Source: Escherichia coli | Lineage (GTDB): Bacteria; Pseudomonadota; Gammaproteobacteria; Enterobacterales; Enterobacteriaceae | NCBI RefSeq assembly: GCF_030013205.1 | Contig: NZ_CP122648.1 | Length of the DNA stretch: 64,000 nucleotides | Direction: 5' to 3' (one strand) | Shown: positions 10,777 to 22,620 of the stretch, one piece after another | Position numbering within the stretch: the first letter of the stretch is position 1 | Layout: each line of letters opens with the position of its first letter | Notes under the pieces: model-generated | The model's database searches: none | What the model was told of the DNA's origin: nothing | Seen by the model: only the letters and a program-made list of their open reading frames with translations | Position numbers and translations under genes: made by a program

Positions 10777-12315
10777 ATGGCTTTTGCCTCATTAATTGAA
10801 CGCCAGCGCATTCGCCTGCTGCTGGCGTTATTATTCGGTGCCTGCGGAACGCTGGCCTTCTCTCCTTACGACGTCTGGCCTGCGGCGATTATTTCGCTGA
10901 TGGGGCTTCAGGCGCTGACCTTTAACCGCCGTCCACTCCAGTCTGCCGCTATTGGCTTTTGCTGGGGATTTGGCCTCTTTGGCAGCGGTATTAACTGGGT
11001 CTATGTCAGCATCGCGACTTTTGGTGGAATGCCTGGCCCGGTTAACATCTTCCTGGTGGTGCTGCTGGCGGCGTATTTGTCGCTGTATACCGGACTGTTT
11101 GCTGGCGTGCTGTCGCGTCTGTGGCCGAAAACCACCTGGCTGCGCGTGGCGATTGCCGCCCCTGCTCTCTGGCAAGTGACCGAGTTTCTGCGCGGTTGGG
11201 TGCTGACCGGCTTCCCGTGGTTACAGTTCGGCTATAGCCAGATTGATGGCCCGTTAAAAGGGCTGGCACCGATAATGGGCGTGGAAGCCATTAACTTCCT
11301 GCTGATGATGGTTAGTGGCCTGCTGGCACTGGCGTTGGTCAAACGCAACTGGCGTCCGCTGGTAGTGGCCGTCGTGCTGTTTGCCCTTCCCTTCCCGCTG
11401 CGTTACATCCAGTGGTTTACCCCGCAACCGGAGAAAACCATTCAGGTTTCGATGGTTCAGGGCGATATTCCGCAATCACTGAAATGGGACGAAGGCCAGC
11501 TTCTTAATACGCTGAAGATTTACTACAACGCAACGGCACCGCTGATGGGCAAATCATCGTTGATTATCTGGCCGGAGTCGGCGATAACCGATCTGGAAAT
11601 TAATCAGCAACCGTTCCTCAAAGCACTGGACGGTGAGTTGCGCGATAAAGGGAGCTCGCTGGTAACCGGGATTGTTGACGCGCGTCTCAATAAGCAGAAC
11701 CGCTACGATACTTACAACACCATCATCACGCTGGGGAAAGGTGCGCCGTACAGCTACGAATCAGCCGATCGCTATAACAAAAACCATCTGGTGCCGTTTG
11801 GCGAGTTTGTCCCGCTGGAGTCGATTCTGCGTCCGTTAGCGCCGTTCTTTGATCTGCCGATGTCGTCGTTCAGCCGTGGGCCATATATCCAGCCACCGCT
11901 GTCGGTAAACGGTATTGAGCTTACTGCGGCTATTTGCTACGAGATCATTCTCGGCGAGCAAGTGCGTGATAACTTCCGCCCGGATACCGACTATCTGCTG
12001 ACTATCTCCAACGATGCGTGGTTTGGTAAGTCTATTGGTCCATGGCAGCACTTCCAGATGGCGCGAATGCGTGCGTTGGAGCTGGCGCGCCCATTGCTGC
12101 GTAGCACCAACAACGGTATTACGGCGGTGATTGGCCCGCAGGGTGAGATTCAGGCGATGATCCCGCAATTCACCCGCGAGGTGTTAACCACTAACGTGAC
12201 GCCGACTACCGGACTTACACCGTACGCACGTACCGGCAACTGGCCTCTGTGGGTGCTGACGGCACTGTTTGGTTTTGCTGCTGTGCTGATGAGCCTGCGT
12301 CAACGACGTAAATAA
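10777..12315 (+). CDS. lnt: apolipoprotein N-acyltransferase
   Basis: 512 aa; N-terminal polytopic membrane region followed by a C-N hydrolase domain. Confidence 0.95.
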   Translation: MAFASLIERQRIRLLLALLFGACGTLAFSPYDVWPAAIISLMGLQALTFNRRPLQSAAIGFCWGFGLFGSGINWVYVSIATFGGMPGPVNIFLVVLLAAYLSLYTGLFAGVLSRLWPKTTWLRVAIAAPALWQVTEFLRGWVLTGFPWLQFGYSQIDGPLKGLAPIMGVEAINFLLMMVSGLLALALVKRNWRPLVVAVVLFALPFPLRYIQWFTPQPEKTIQVSMVQGDIPQSLKWDEGQLLNTLKIYYNATAPLMGKSSLIIWPESAITDLEINQQPFLKALDGELRDKGSSLVTGIVDARLNKQNRYDTYNTIITLGKGAPYSYESADRYNKNHLVPFGEFVPLESILRPLAPFFDLPMSSFSRGPYIQPPLSVNGIELTAAICYEIILGEQVRDNFRPDTDYLLTISNDAWFGKSIGPWQHFQMARMRALELARPLLRSTNNGITAVIGPQGEIQAMIPQFTREVLTTNVTPTTGLTPYARTGNWPLWVLTALFGFAAVLMSLRQRRK

Positions 12316-12327
12316 TCCCTTCTTATC

Positions 12328-12390
12328 GTGCCGGAATACATCCCGTATTTCGGCACGCTCACCGGATGCGGCATCAGTGCGTTATCCGGA
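12328..12390. repeat. hairpin plus REP-like palindrome downstream of lnt
   Basis: GTGCCGGAATACATCCCGTATTTCGGCAC inverted repeat followed by ACCGGATGCGGCATCAGTGCGTTATCCGG. Confidence 0.4.
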
Positions 12391-12644
12391 TAACAAAATC
12401 CCCCTATCCAACTTTGGCACATCTATTGCTTTGTTATACAAGGCAAAGCTTGAACCAGCATCAGTACAACCCGGTTGCACCACAGCAATCCACGGGTAGC
12501 ACCAAAAGAGTGCATTTTAAGAATTTTGCTTCGGAATGGTGCGGCGCAACTCGCAAAAACAAACAATAAAACAGCAATATCTTTACATTTAGCCAAACTA
12601 AATGTTACCTAACAGGCACAACACTGCACAATAAAGTTGCAGAC

Positions 12645-12670
12645 GATAACAACACAAACACTCACAACGG
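12645..12670 (+). promoter_or_regulatory. C/A-rich element in the gltI 5' UTR, candidate GcvB sRNA target site
   Basis: GATAACAACACAAACACTCACAACGG lies about 40 nt upstream of the gltI start codon; gltI is a known GcvB target through a C/A-rich element. Confidence 0.35.
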
Positions 12671-12711
12671 GTATCCATGCGTTCTTAACGCAGAAGATAA
12701 AGGAGTTGGAT

Positions 12712-13620
12712 ATGCAATTACGTAAACCTGCCACAGCAATCCTGGCCCTGGCGCTTTCCGCAGGACTGGCACAGGCAGATGACGCCGCCCCGGCAGCAGG
12801 CAGTACGCTGGACAAAATCGCCAAAAACGGTGTGATTGTCGTCGGTCACCGTGAATCTTCAGTACCTTTCTCTTATTACGACAATCAGCAAAAAGTGGTG
12901 GGTTACTCGCAGGATTACTCCAACGCCATTGTTGAAGCAGTGAAAAAGAAACTCAACAAACCGGACTTGCAGGTGAAACTGATTCCGATCACCTCACAAA
13001 ACCGTATTCCTCTGCTGCAAAACGGCACTTTCGATTTTGAATGTGGTTCCACCACCAATAACGTCGAACGCCAGAAACAGGCGGCTTTCTCTGACACTAT
13101 TTTCGTGGTCGGCACGCGCCTGTTGACCAAAAAGGGGGGCGATATCAAAGATTTTGCCGACCTGAAAGGCAAAGCCGTAGTCGTCACTTCCGGCACTACT
13201 TCTGAAGTTTTGCTCAACAAACTGAATGAAGAGCAAAAAATGAATATGCGCATCATCAGCGCCAAAGATCACGGTGACTCTTTCCGCACCCTGGAAAGCG
13301 GTCGTGCCGTTGCCTTTATGATGGATGATGCTCTGCTGGCTGGTGAACGTGCGAAAGCGAAGAAACCAGACAACTGGGAAATCGTCGGCAAGCCGCAGTC
13401 TCAGGAAGCCTACGGTTGTATGTTGCGTAAAGACGATCCGCAGTTCAAAAAGCTGATGGATGACACCATCGCGCAGGTGCAGACCTCCGGTGAAGCGGAA
13501 AAATGGTTTGATAAATGGTTCAAAAATCCAATTCCGCCGAAAAACCTGAACATGAATTTCGAACTGTCAGACGAAATGAAAGCACTGTTCAAAGAACCGA
13601 ATGACAAGGCACTGAACTAA
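12712..13620 (+). CDS. gltI: glutamate/aspartate ABC transporter periplasmic binding protein
   Basis: 302 aa from the ATG at 12712 (RBS AAGGAG), signal peptide MQLRKPATAILALALSAGLAQA; the track ORF starts upstream at 12637. Confidence 0.95.
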   Translation: MQLRKPATAILALALSAGLAQADDAAPAAGSTLDKIAKNGVIVVGHRESSVPFSYYDNQQKVVGYSQDYSNAIVEAVKKKLNKPDLQVKLIPITSQNRIPLLQNGTFDFECGSTTNNVERQKQAAFSDTIFVVGTRLLTKKGGDIKDFADLKGKAVVVTSGTTSEVLLNKLNEEQKMNMRIISAKDHGDSFRTLESGRAVAFMMDDALLAGERAKAKKPDNWEIVGKPQSQEAYGCMLRKDDPQFKKLMDDTIAQVQTSGEAEKWFDKWFKNPIPPKNLNMNFELSDEMKALFKEPNDKALN

Positions 13621-13777
13621 TTACAAGAACCAGGGGCGGAAATTCCAGCCCTCTCGATTGTTACGTAGCACGGACAGACTATACGCCTGATGGTCGTTCC
13701 CCATCGGGCCTGAAAACCGCAATACGCTGGGTAACAATCTTCGAGGGTAGCAGTTAACGCTGCTACCCTCTTTTTTC
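13621..13777 (+). ncRNA. sroC: SroC sRNA locus (gltI 3' region / gltI-gltJ spacer)
   Basis: Intergenic stretch ending in a strong terminator (GAGGGTAGCAG-TTAAC-GCTGCTACCCTC followed by TTTTTT, 13743-13776); SroC is known to derive from this position; 5' end not determinable from sequence. Confidence 0.5.
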
Positions 13778-13789
13778 TGGAGTAGATTT

Positions 13790-14530
13790 ATGTCTATAGA
13801 CTGGAACTGGGGTATTTTTTTACAACAAGCCCCGTTCGGCAACACCACCTATCTTGGTTGGATCTGGAGTGGTTTTCAGGTGACGATCGCTTTGTCGATC
13901 TGCGCCTGGATTATCGCTTTCCTCGTCGGTTCATTTTTCGGCATTTTACGTACCGTTCCAAACCGTTTTCTCTCCGGTCTGGGTACGTTGTATGTCGAAC
14001 TGTTCCGCAACGTGCCGTTGATTGTGCAATTCTTTACCTGGTATCTGGTGATCCCGGAGCTGTTGCCGGAGAAAATCGGCATGTGGTTTAAGGCCGAGCT
14101 GGATCCCAATATTCAGTTTTTCCTTTCATCCATGCTTTGCCTGGGGCTGTTTACCGCCGCCCGTGTTTGCGAACAGGTACGCGCCGCGATTCAGTCGTTG
14201 CCGCGTGGGCAAAAGAATGCCGCGCTGGCAATGGGGCTGACGCTACCGCAGGCTTATCGCTACGTACTGCTGCCTAATGCTTATCGCGTTATCGTCCCGC
14301 CGATGACTTCCGAGATGATGAACCTGGTGAAAAACTCCGCCATCGCCTCGACTATCGGTCTGGTGGATATGGCAGCGCAGGCCGGTAAATTGCTTGATTA
14401 CTCAGCCCACGCCTGGGAGTCGTTTACCGCCATTACGCTTGCGTATGTGTTGATTAACGCTTTTATCATGCTGGTGATGACGCTGGTTGAACGTAAAGTT
14501 CGCCTGCCTGGCAACATGGGGGGCAAATAA
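13790..14530 (+). CDS. gltJ: glutamate/aspartate ABC transporter permease
   Basis: 246-aa polytopic membrane protein; operon context. Confidence 0.95.
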
Positions 14531-15204
14531 TGTACGAGTTTGACTGGAGTTCCATTGTCCCTTCCCTGCCATATCTGCTCGACGGGCTGGTGATCACGCT
14601 GAAAATCACCGTCACAGCAGTCGTGATTGGTATTTTGTGGGGCACCATGCTGGCGGTGATGCGCTTATCCAGCTTCGCGCCTGTTGCGTGGTTTGCCAAA
14701 GCCTACGTTAACGTGTTCCGCTCGATTCCTTTAGTTATGGTTTTGCTGTGGTTTTACCTGATTGTGCCGGGTTTTCTGCAAAACGTGCTGGGATTATCGC
14801 CAAAAAATGATATCCGTTTAATTTCGGCAATGGTGGCGTTTTCGATGTTTGAAGCGGCCTACTATTCAGAGATTATCCGTGCCGGTATTCAAAGTATTTC
14901 CCGTGGTCAGTCTAGCGCCGCGCTGGCGTTGGGGATGACTCACTGGCAGTCGATGAAACTGATTATTCTGCCGCAGGCTTTCCGCGCGATGGTGCCGCTG
15001 CTGCTCACTCAGGGCATCGTACTGTTCCAGGATACCTCACTGGTGTATGTGTTATCTCTGGCCGATTTCTTCCGTACCGCTTCAACCATTGGTGAGCGTG
15101 ATGGTACGCAGGTCGAGATGATCCTGTTTGCCGGATTTGTTTATTTCGTTATTAGCCTTAGCGCGTCGTTGTTGGTCAGCTACTTGAAAAGAAGGACAGC
15201 TTAA
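14530..15204 (+). CDS. gltK: glutamate/aspartate ABC transporter permease
   Basis: 224-aa membrane protein; start overlaps the gltJ stop by 1 nt. Confidence 0.95.
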
Positions 15205-15929
15205 TGATTACCCTGAAAAATGTTTCAAAATGGTATGGTCACTTTCAGGTGCTGACCGACTGCTCAACCGAAGTGAAAAAAGGCGAAGTGGTGGTGGTTT
15301 GCGGCCCGTCTGGTTCCGGCAAATCAACGCTGATTAAAACCGTCAACGGCCTCGAACCGGTGCAGCAAGGTGAAATTACCGTCGATGGCATCGTGGTTAA
15401 CGATAAGAAAACCGATCTGGCAAAGCTGCGTTCCCGCGTCGGGATGGTGTTCCAGCATTTCGAGTTGTTCCCCCATTTGTCGATTATTGAAAACCTGACC
15501 CTGGCGCAGGTGAAAGTGCTTAAACGCGATAAAGCACCCGCTCGTGAAAAAGCATTGAAATTGCTGGAGCGCGTGGGACTTTCCGCACATGCCAATAAAT
15601 TTCCGGCGCAGCTTTCCGGCGGTCAGCAACAGCGTGTGGCGATCGCTCGCGCATTGTGTATGGATCCTATTGCCATGCTGTTCGACGAACCGACATCGGC
15701 GCTGGATCCGGAGATGATCAACGAAGTGCTGGACGTAATGGTCGAACTGGCGAACGAAGGAATGACCATGATGGTGGTGACCCACGAAATGGGCTTTGCC
15801 CGTAAAGTGGCGAATCGGGTGATCTTTATGGACGAGGGTAAAATTGTCGAAGACTCGCCGAAAGACGCTTTCTTCGATGATCCGAAATCGGACCGCGCAA
15901 AAGACTTCCTCGCGAAAATCCTGCATTAA
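15204..15929 (+). CDS. gltL: glutamate/aspartate ABC transporter ATP-binding protein
   Basis: 241 aa; Walker [10 protein letters not shown] and ABC signature LSGGQQQR. Confidence 0.95.
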   Translation: MITLKNVSKWYGHFQVLTDCSTEVKKGEVVVVCGPSGSGKSTLIKTVNGLEPVQQGEITVDGIVVNDKKTDLAKLRSRVGMVFQHFELFPHLSIIENLTLAQVKVLKRDKAPAREKALKLLERVGLSAHANKFPAQLSGGQQQRVAIARALCMDPIAMLFDEPTSALDPEMINEVLDVMVELANEGMTMMVVTHEMGFARKVANRVIFMDEGKIVEDSPKDAFFDDPKSDRAKDFLAKILH

Positions 15930-16046
15930 TCACTCTGGCGCGCATACCCAATTGCGCGCCATCTCACGCTTTATCGTTTCGCCCCTCGTATCTGTTACAT
16001 CCTGGCGTTACCCTTGTCGCAAAGAAGCACACAACAAGGAGCAACA

Positions 16047-16982
16047 ATGGCACTGCCAATTCTGTTAGATTGCGACCCAGGTCATGACGACGCTATCGCA
16101 ATAGTTCTCGCCCTCGCCTCACCAGAGCTTGATGTCAAAGCAATTACGTCTTCCGCCGGAAACCAGACACCAGAAAAAACCTTACGCAATGTTCTGCGTA
16201 TGCTGACCTTGCTTAATCGCACCGATATTCCGGTAGCAGGCGGCGCGGTAAAACCGTTAATGCGTGAGTTGATTATCGCGGACAATGTGCACGGCGAAAG
16301 CGGTCTCGACGGCCCGGCATTACCGGAACCGACGTTCGCACCGCAAAACTGTACGGCGGTAGAGCTGATGGCGAAAACACTACGTGAAAGTGCGGAACCT
16401 GTCACGATTGTTTCTACCGGACCGCAAACTAACGTTGCCTTGCTGCTCAATAGCCACCCGGAACTGCATAGCAAAATTGCCCGTATCGTGATTATGGGCG
16501 GTGCAATGGGGCTTGGTAACTGGACGCCTGCGGCTGAATTTAATATTTACGTTGACCCGGAAGCGGCAGAAATTGTCTTCCAGTCAGGGATCCCGGTGGT
16601 GATGGCCGGTCTGGATGTTACTCACAAAGCACAAATTCACGTTGAGGACACCGAGCGTTTCCGCGCCATTGGCAACCCTGTTTCAACCATTGTTGCCGAA
16701 CTGCTGGATTTCTTCCTCGAATATCATAAAGACGAAAAATGGGGCTTTGTCGGCGCACCGCTGCATGACCCATGCACCATCGCCTGGCTGTTAAAACCGG
16801 AGTTGTTTACCACTGTTGAGCGCTGGGTTGGCGTGGAAACACAAGGGAAATATACCCAGGGTATGACGGTTGTTGATTATTATTATCTGACCGGCAATAA
16901 ACCGAATGCTACTGTAATGGTCGATGTTGATCGTCAGGGCTTTGTTGATTTACTGGCTGATCGTCTGAAATTTTACGCTTAA
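16047..16982 (+). CDS. rihA: pyrimidine-specific ribonucleoside hydrolase RihA
   Basis: 311 aa from [18 protein letters not shown] (nucleoside hydrolase aspartate cluster); the track ORF starts 11 codons upstream. Confidence 0.9.
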   Translation: MALPILLDCDPGHDDAIAIVLALASPELDVKAITSSAGNQTPEKTLRNVLRMLTLLNRTDIPVAGGAVKPLMRELIIADNVHGESGLDGPALPEPTFAPQNCTAVELMAKTLRESAEPVTIVSTGPQTNVALLLNSHPELHSKIARIVIMGGAMGLGNWTPAAEFNIYVDPEAAEIVFQSGIPVVMAGLDVTHKAQIHVEDTERFRAIGNPVSTIVAELLDFFLEYHKDEKWGFVGAPLHDPCTIAWLLKPELFTTVERWVGVETQGKYTQGMTVVDYYYLTGNKPNATVMVDVDRQGFVDLLADRLKFYA

Positions 16983-16988
16983 TCACTC

Positions 16989-17013
16989 GCCGGATGACAT
17001 CACGCCATCCGGC
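16989..17013. other. palindromic hairpin at the convergent rihA/ybeL junction
   Basis: GCCGGATG-N9-CATCCGGC perfect 8-bp inverted repeat in the 44-bp spacer; no U tract. Confidence 0.4.
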
Positions 17014-17026
17014 ACCACTCATTTCA

Positions 17027-17509
17027 TTAAGGCTCGAACGGGCGTCTCTGGAACTGGTCATGACCACATTTCGGGCATAGCGTCAGCACTTCCGGTGTAT
17101 AGATCGGGAGATGGAAGTGACATTTCTCGCAGACCAGATTTCCCAGCCCTACCACTTCTCCGCTGTGATAAACCCCGTGATGATTGAGGTCCTGGAAAAC
17201 TTCGCGCCATTCAAGCTGCGTTTTATCGGTGATGTCTGCCAGCTCCTGCCACAAGCTTTCTTTAATCACCCGCATAAAGACGCTGTCAGACTCTTCTTTC
17301 AGGCTCTCTTCATAGCTCATGGCGAACTCTTCCAGGTCACGTCTGACAGCTCGCGTCAGCTCATCGACTTCGGTTCGCGTTAACTCCCCTGTTTTTATTA
17401 CGCGCTCGCGCGCCTGTTCCACCAGTGCGTCGATATCACGTTCGCCATTGCGCAGGCGTTCGCTCAGTGACGCGACCAGTTCACGGTAATATTGAGCAAC
17501 CTTGTTCAT
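17027..17509 (-). CDS. ybeL: DUF1451 zinc-ribbon protein YbeL
   Basis: 160 aa; C-terminal CEKCHF..CPKCGH zinc-ribbon motif. Confidence 0.9.
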   Translation of the reverse strand: MNKVAQYYRELVASLSERLRNGERDIDALVEQARERVIKTGELTRTEVDELTRAVRRDLEEFAMSYEESLKEESDSVFMRVIKESLWQELADITDKTQLEWREVFQDLNHHGVYHSGEVVGLGNLVCEKCHFHLPIYTPEVLTLCPKCGHDQFQRRPFEP

Positions 17510-17744
17510 CGTTTCATCTCCCGGGTCGTTAACTGACTATAATAATAGACGTTCTTTGTTCCTTGCTTTGCTAATACGCCCACAAACTCTGTAAATTAAT
17601 GTATGAATAATCCGGGCATCATTTCAACGTCGAGTGCGCGAAAGGCTGTTTTGACGCGGACGTTTGGGCTATGCTATGCGGATCTGAAAAACCACCTCAA
17701 ACGCTACTTTTGTAGCCGTAATGAAAACAGGACCACTGGCTGCC

Positions 17745-20327
17745 ATGCAAGAGCAATACCGCCCGGAAGAGATAGAATCCAAAGTACAGCTTCATTGGGA
17801 TGAGAAGCGCACATTTGAAGTAACCGAAGACGAGAGCAAAGAGAAGTATTACTGCCTGTCTATGCTTCCCTATCCTTCTGGTCGACTACACATGGGCCAC
17901 GTACGTAACTACACCATTGGTGACGTGATCGCCCGCTACCAGCGTATGCTGGGCAAAAACGTCCTGCAGCCGATCGGCTGGGACGCGTTTGGTCTGCCTG
18001 CGGAAGGCGCGGCGGTGAAAAACAACACCGCACCGGCACCGTGGACGTACGACAACATCGCGTACATGAAAAACCAGCTCAAAATGCTGGGCTTTGGTTA
18101 TGACTGGAGCCGCGAGCTGGCAACCTGTACACCGGAATACTACCGTTGGGAACAGAAATTCTTCACCGAGCTGTATAAAAAAGGCCTGGTATATAAGAAG
18201 ACTTCTGCAGTCAACTGGTGCCCGAACGACCAGACCGTACTGGCGAACGAACAAGTTATCGACGGCTGCTGCTGGCGCTGCGATACCAAAGTTGAGCGTA
18301 AAGAGATCCCGCAATGGTTTATCAAAATCACTGCTTACGCTGACGAGCTGCTCAACGATCTGGATAAACTGGATCACTGGCCAGACACCGTTAAAACAAT
18401 GCAGCGTAACTGGATCGGTCGTTCCGAAGGCGTGGAAATCACCTTCAACGTTAACGACTATGACAACACGCTGACCGTTTACACTACCCGCCCGGACACC
18501 TTTATGGGTTGTACCTACCTGGCGGTAGCGGCGGGTCATCCGCTGGCGCAGAAAGCGGCGGAAAATAATCCTGAACTGGCGGCCTTTATTGACGAATGCC
18601 GTAACACCAAAGTTGCCGAAGCTGAAATGGCAACGATGGAGAAAAAAGGCGTCGATACTGGCTTTAAAGCGGTTCACCCATTAACGGGCGAAGAAATTCC
18701 CGTTTGGGCAGCAAACTTCGTATTGATGGAGTACGGCACGGGCGCAGTTATGGCGGTTCCGGGTCACGACCAGCGCGACTACGAGTTTGCCTCTAAATAC
18801 GGCCTGAACATCAAACCGGTTATCCTGGCAGCTGACGGCTCTGAGCCAGATCTTTCTCAGCAAGCCCTGACTGAAAAAGGCGTTCTGTTCAACTCTGGCG
18901 AGTTCAACGGTCTTGACCATGAAGCGGCCTTCAACGCTATCGCCGATAAACTGACTGCGATGGGCGTTGGCGAGCGTAAAGTGAACTACCGCCTGCGCGA
19001 CTGGGGTGTTTCCCGTCAACGTTACTGGGGCGCGCCGATTCCGATGGTGACGCTGGAAGACGGTACCGTAATGCCGACCCCGGACGACCAGCTGCCGGTG
19101 ATCCTGCCGGAAGATGTGGTGATGGACGGTATTACCAGCCCGATTAAAGCAGATCCGGAGTGGGCAAAAACTACCGTTAACGGTATGCCAGCGCTGCGTG
19201 AAACCGACACTTTCGACACCTTTATGGAGTCCTCCTGGTACTATGCGCGCTACACTTGCCCGGAGTACAAAGAAGGTATGCTGGATTCCAAAGCGGCTAA
19301 CTACTGGCTGCCGGTGGATATCTACATTGGTGGTATCGAACACGCCATTATGCACCTGCTCTACTTCCGCTTCTTCCACAAACTGATGCGTGATGCAGGC
19401 ATGGTGAACTCTGACGAACCAGCGAAACAGTTACTGTGTCAGGGTATGGTGCTGGCAGATGCCTTCTACTATGTTGGCGAAAACGGCGAACGTAACTGGG
19501 TTTCCCCGGTTGATGCTATCGTTGAACGTGACGAGAAAGGCCGTATCGTGAAAGCGAAAGATGCGGCAGGCCATGAACTGGTTTATACCGGCATGAGCAA
19601 AATGTCCAAGTCGAAGAACAACGGTATCGACCCGCAGGTGATGGTTGAACGTTACGGCGCGGACACCGTTCGTCTGTTTATGATGTTTGCTTCTCCGGCT
19701 GATATGACTCTCGAATGGCAGGAATCCGGCGTGGAAGGGGCTAACCGCTTCCTGAAACGTGTCTGGAAACTGGTGTACGAGCACACAGCAAAAGGTGATG
19801 TTGCGGCACTGAACGTTGATGCACTGACTGAAGATCAGAAAGCGCTGCGTCGCGATGTGCATAAAACTATCGCTAAAGTGACCGATGATATCGGCCGTCG
19901 TCAGACCTTCAACACCGCAATTGCGGCGATTATGGAGCTGATGAACAAACTGGCGAAAGCACCGACCGATGGCGAGCAGGATCGCGCTCTGATGCAGGAA
20001 GCGCTGCTGGCCGTTGTCCGTATGCTTAACCCGTTCACCCCGCACATCTGCTTCACGCTGTGGCAGGAACTGAAAGGCGAAGGCGATATCGACAACGCAC
20101 CGTGGCCGGTTGCTGACGAAAAAGCGATGGTGGAAGACTCCACGCTGGTCGTGGTGCAGGTTAACGGTAAAGTCCGTGCAAAAATCACCGTTCCGGTGGA
20201 CGCAACGGAAGAACAGGTTCGCGAACGTGCTGGCCAGGAACATCTGGTAGCAAAATATCTTGATGGCGTTACCGTGCGTAAAGTGATTTACGTACCAGGT
20301 AAACTCCTCAATCTGGTCGTTGGCTAA
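17745..20327 (+). CDS. leuS: leucyl-tRNA synthetase
   Basis: 860 aa from MQEQYRPEE; HMGH (HIGH-type) and KMSKS class I synthetase motifs; the track ORF starts 8 codons upstream. Confidence 0.95.
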   Translation: MQEQYRPEEIESKVQLHWDEKRTFEVTEDESKEKYYCLSMLPYPSGRLHMGHVRNYTIGDVIARYQRMLGKNVLQPIGWDAFGLPAEGAAVKNNTAPAPWTYDNIAYMKNQLKMLGFGYDWSRELATCTPEYYRWEQKFFTELYKKGLVYKKTSAVNWCPNDQTVLANEQVIDGCCWRCDTKVERKEIPQWFIKITAYADELLNDLDKLDHWPDTVKTMQRNWIGRSEGVEITFNVNDYDNTLTVYTTRPDTFMGCTYLAVAAGHPLAQKAAENNPELAAFIDECRNTKVAEAEMATMEKKGVDTGFKAVHPLTGEEIPVWAANFVLMEYGTGAVMAVPGHDQRDYEFASKYGLNIKPVILAADGSEPDLSQQALTEKGVLFNSGEFNGLDHEAAFNAIADKLTAMGVGERKVNYRLRDWGVSRQRYWGAPIPMVTLEDGTVMPTPDDQLPVILPEDVVMDGITSPIKADPEWAKTTVNGMPALRETDTFDTFMESSWYYARYTCPEYKEGMLDSKAANYWLPVDIYIGGIEHAIMHLLYFRFFHKLMRDAGMVNSDEPAKQLLCQGMVLADAFYYVGENGERNWVSPVDAIVERDEKGRIVKAKDAAGHELVYTGMSKMSKSKNNGIDPQVMVERYGADTVRLFMMFASPADMTLEWQESGVEGANRFLKRVWKLVYEHTAKGDVAALNVDALTEDQKALRRDVHKTIAKVTDDIGRRQTFNTAIAAIMELMNKLAKAPTDGEQDRALMQEALLAVVRMLNPFTPHICFTLWQELKGEGDIDNAPWPVADEKAMVEDSTLVVVQVNGKVRAKITVPVDATEEQVRERAGQEHLVAKYLDGVTVRKVIYVPGKLLNLVVG

Positions 20328-20341
20328 GCGCGGGAGGAAGC

Positions 20342-20923
20342 GTGCGATATCTGGCAACATTGTTGTTATCTCTGGCGGTGTTAATCACCGCCGGGTGTGG
20401 CTGGCATCTGCGTGATACCACGCAGGTTCCTTCCACTATGAAGGTCATGATCCTGGACTCAGGCGATCCGAACGGGCCATTAAGCCGTGCGGTGCGTAAC
20501 CAGTTACGTCTGAATGGTGTCGAGTTGCTTGATAAAGAAACCACGCGTAAGGACGTTCCATCCCTGCGTTTGGGTAAAGTGAGCATCGCGAAAGATACCG
20601 CATCGGTATTCCGTAACGGTCAAACAGCAGAGTATCAGATGATCATGACGGTCAATGCGACCGTGTTGATCCCCGGCCGTGACATCTACCCGATTAGCGC
20701 CAAAGTCTTCCGTTCGTTCTTCGATAACCCGCAAATGGCGTTAGCGAAAGATAACGAACAAGACATGATCGTAAAAGAGATGTACGACCGTGCTGCCGAA
20801 CAGCTGATTCGTAAGCTGCCAAGCATCCGTGCTGCGGATATTCGTTCCGACGAAGAACAGACGTCGACCACAACGGATACTCCGGCAACGCCTGCACGCG
20901 TCTCTACCACGCTGGGTAACTGA
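20342..20923 (+). CDS. lptE: LPS assembly lipoprotein LptE
   Basis: 193 aa with GTG start and lipobox LITAGC. Confidence 0.9.
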
Positions 20924-21954
20924 TGATTCGGTTGTACCCGGAACAACTCCGCGCGCAGCTCAATGAAGGGCTGCGCACGGCGTATCTTTTACTTGGTAAC
21001 GATCCTCTGTTATTGCAGGAAAGCCAGGACGCTATTCGTCAGGTAGCTGCGGTACAAGGATTCGAAGAACACCACACTTTTTCCATTGATCCCAACACTG
21101 ACTGGAATGCGATCTTTTCGTTATGCCAGGCCATGAGTCTGTTTGCCAGTCGACAAACGCTATTGCTGTTGTTACCAGAAAACGGACCGAATGCGGCGAT
21201 CAATGAACAACTTCTCACACTCACCGGACTTCTGCATGACGACCTGCTGTTGATCGTCCGCGGTAATAAATTAAGCAAAGCGCAAGAAAATGCCGCCTGG
21301 TTTACTGCTCTTGCGAATCGCAGCGTGCAGGTGACCTGTCAGACACCGGAGCAGGCTCAGCTTCCCCGCTGGGTTGCTGCGCGCGCAAAACAGCTCAACT
21401 TAGAACTGGATGACGCGGCGAATCAGGTGCTCTGCTACTGTTATGAAGGTAACCTGCTGGCGCTGGCTCAGGCACTGGAGCGTTTATCGCTACTCTGGCC
21501 AGACGGCAAACTGACATTACCTCGCGTTGAACAGGCGGTGAATGATGCCGCGCATTTCACCCCTTTTCATTGGGTTGATGCTTTGTTGATGGGAAAAAGT
21601 AAGCGCGCGTTGCATATTCTTCAGCAACTGCGTCTGGAAGGCAGCGAACCGGTTATTTTGTTGCGCACATTACAACGTGAACTGTTGTTACTGGTTAACC
21701 TGAAACGCCAGTCTGCCCATACGCCACTGCGTGCGTTGTTTGATAAGCATCGGGTATGGCAGAACCGCCGGGGCATGATGGGCGAGGCGTTAAATCGCTT
21801 AAGCCAGCCGCAGTTACGTCAGGCCGTGCAACTCCTGACACGAACGGAACTCACCCTCAAACAAGATTACGGTCAGTCAGTGTGGGCAGAGCTGGAAGGG
21901 TTATCTCTTCTGTTGTGCCATAAACCCCTGGCGGACGTATTTATCGACGGTTGA
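20923..21954 (+). CDS. holA: DNA polymerase III delta subunit
   Basis: 343 aa; start overlaps the lptE stop (TGATG); conserved leuS-lptE-holA-nadD order. Confidence 0.95.
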
Positions 21955-21955
21955 T

Positions 21956-22597
21956 ATGAAATCTTTACAGGCTCTGTTTGGCGGCACCTTTGATCCGGTG
22001 CACTATGGACATCTTAAACCCGTGGAAACGCTGGCGAATTTGATTGGTCTGACGCGGGTCACAATCATCCCTAATAATGTTCCTCCGCATCGTCCCCAGC
22101 CGGAAGCGAACAGCGTGCAGCGTAAACACATGCTTGAACTGGCGATTGCCGACAAGCCATTATTTACTCTTGATGAACGCGAGCTAAAGCGCAATGCCCC
22201 CTCTTACACTGCGCAAACACTGAAAGAGTGGCGGCAGGAACAAGGGCCAGACGTGCCGCTGGCGTTTATTATAGGTCAGGATTCACTGCTGACCTTTCCG
22301 ACCTGGTACGAATACGAAACGATACTCGACAATGCACATTTGATCGTCTGTCGGCGTCCAGGTTACCCACTTGAAATGGCGCAACCGCAATACCAGCAAT
22401 GGCTGGAAGATCATTTGACACATAACCCGGAAGATCTTCACCTTCAGCCTGCCGGTAAAATTTATCTGGCTGAAACGCCGTGGTTTAACATCTCGGCGAC
22501 CATCATCCGCGAACGTTTGCAAAACGGTGAATCGTGTGAGGATTTATTGCCGGAACCGGTACTGACTTACATTAACCAACAAGGCTTGTATCGCTGA
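21956..22597 (+). CDS. nadD: nicotinate-nucleotide adenylyltransferase
   Basis: 213 aa; nucleotidyltransferase motif [11 protein letters not shown]. Confidence 0.95.
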
Positions 22598-22620
22598 TAC
22601 CTGTCGTTACGGAGGGCATG

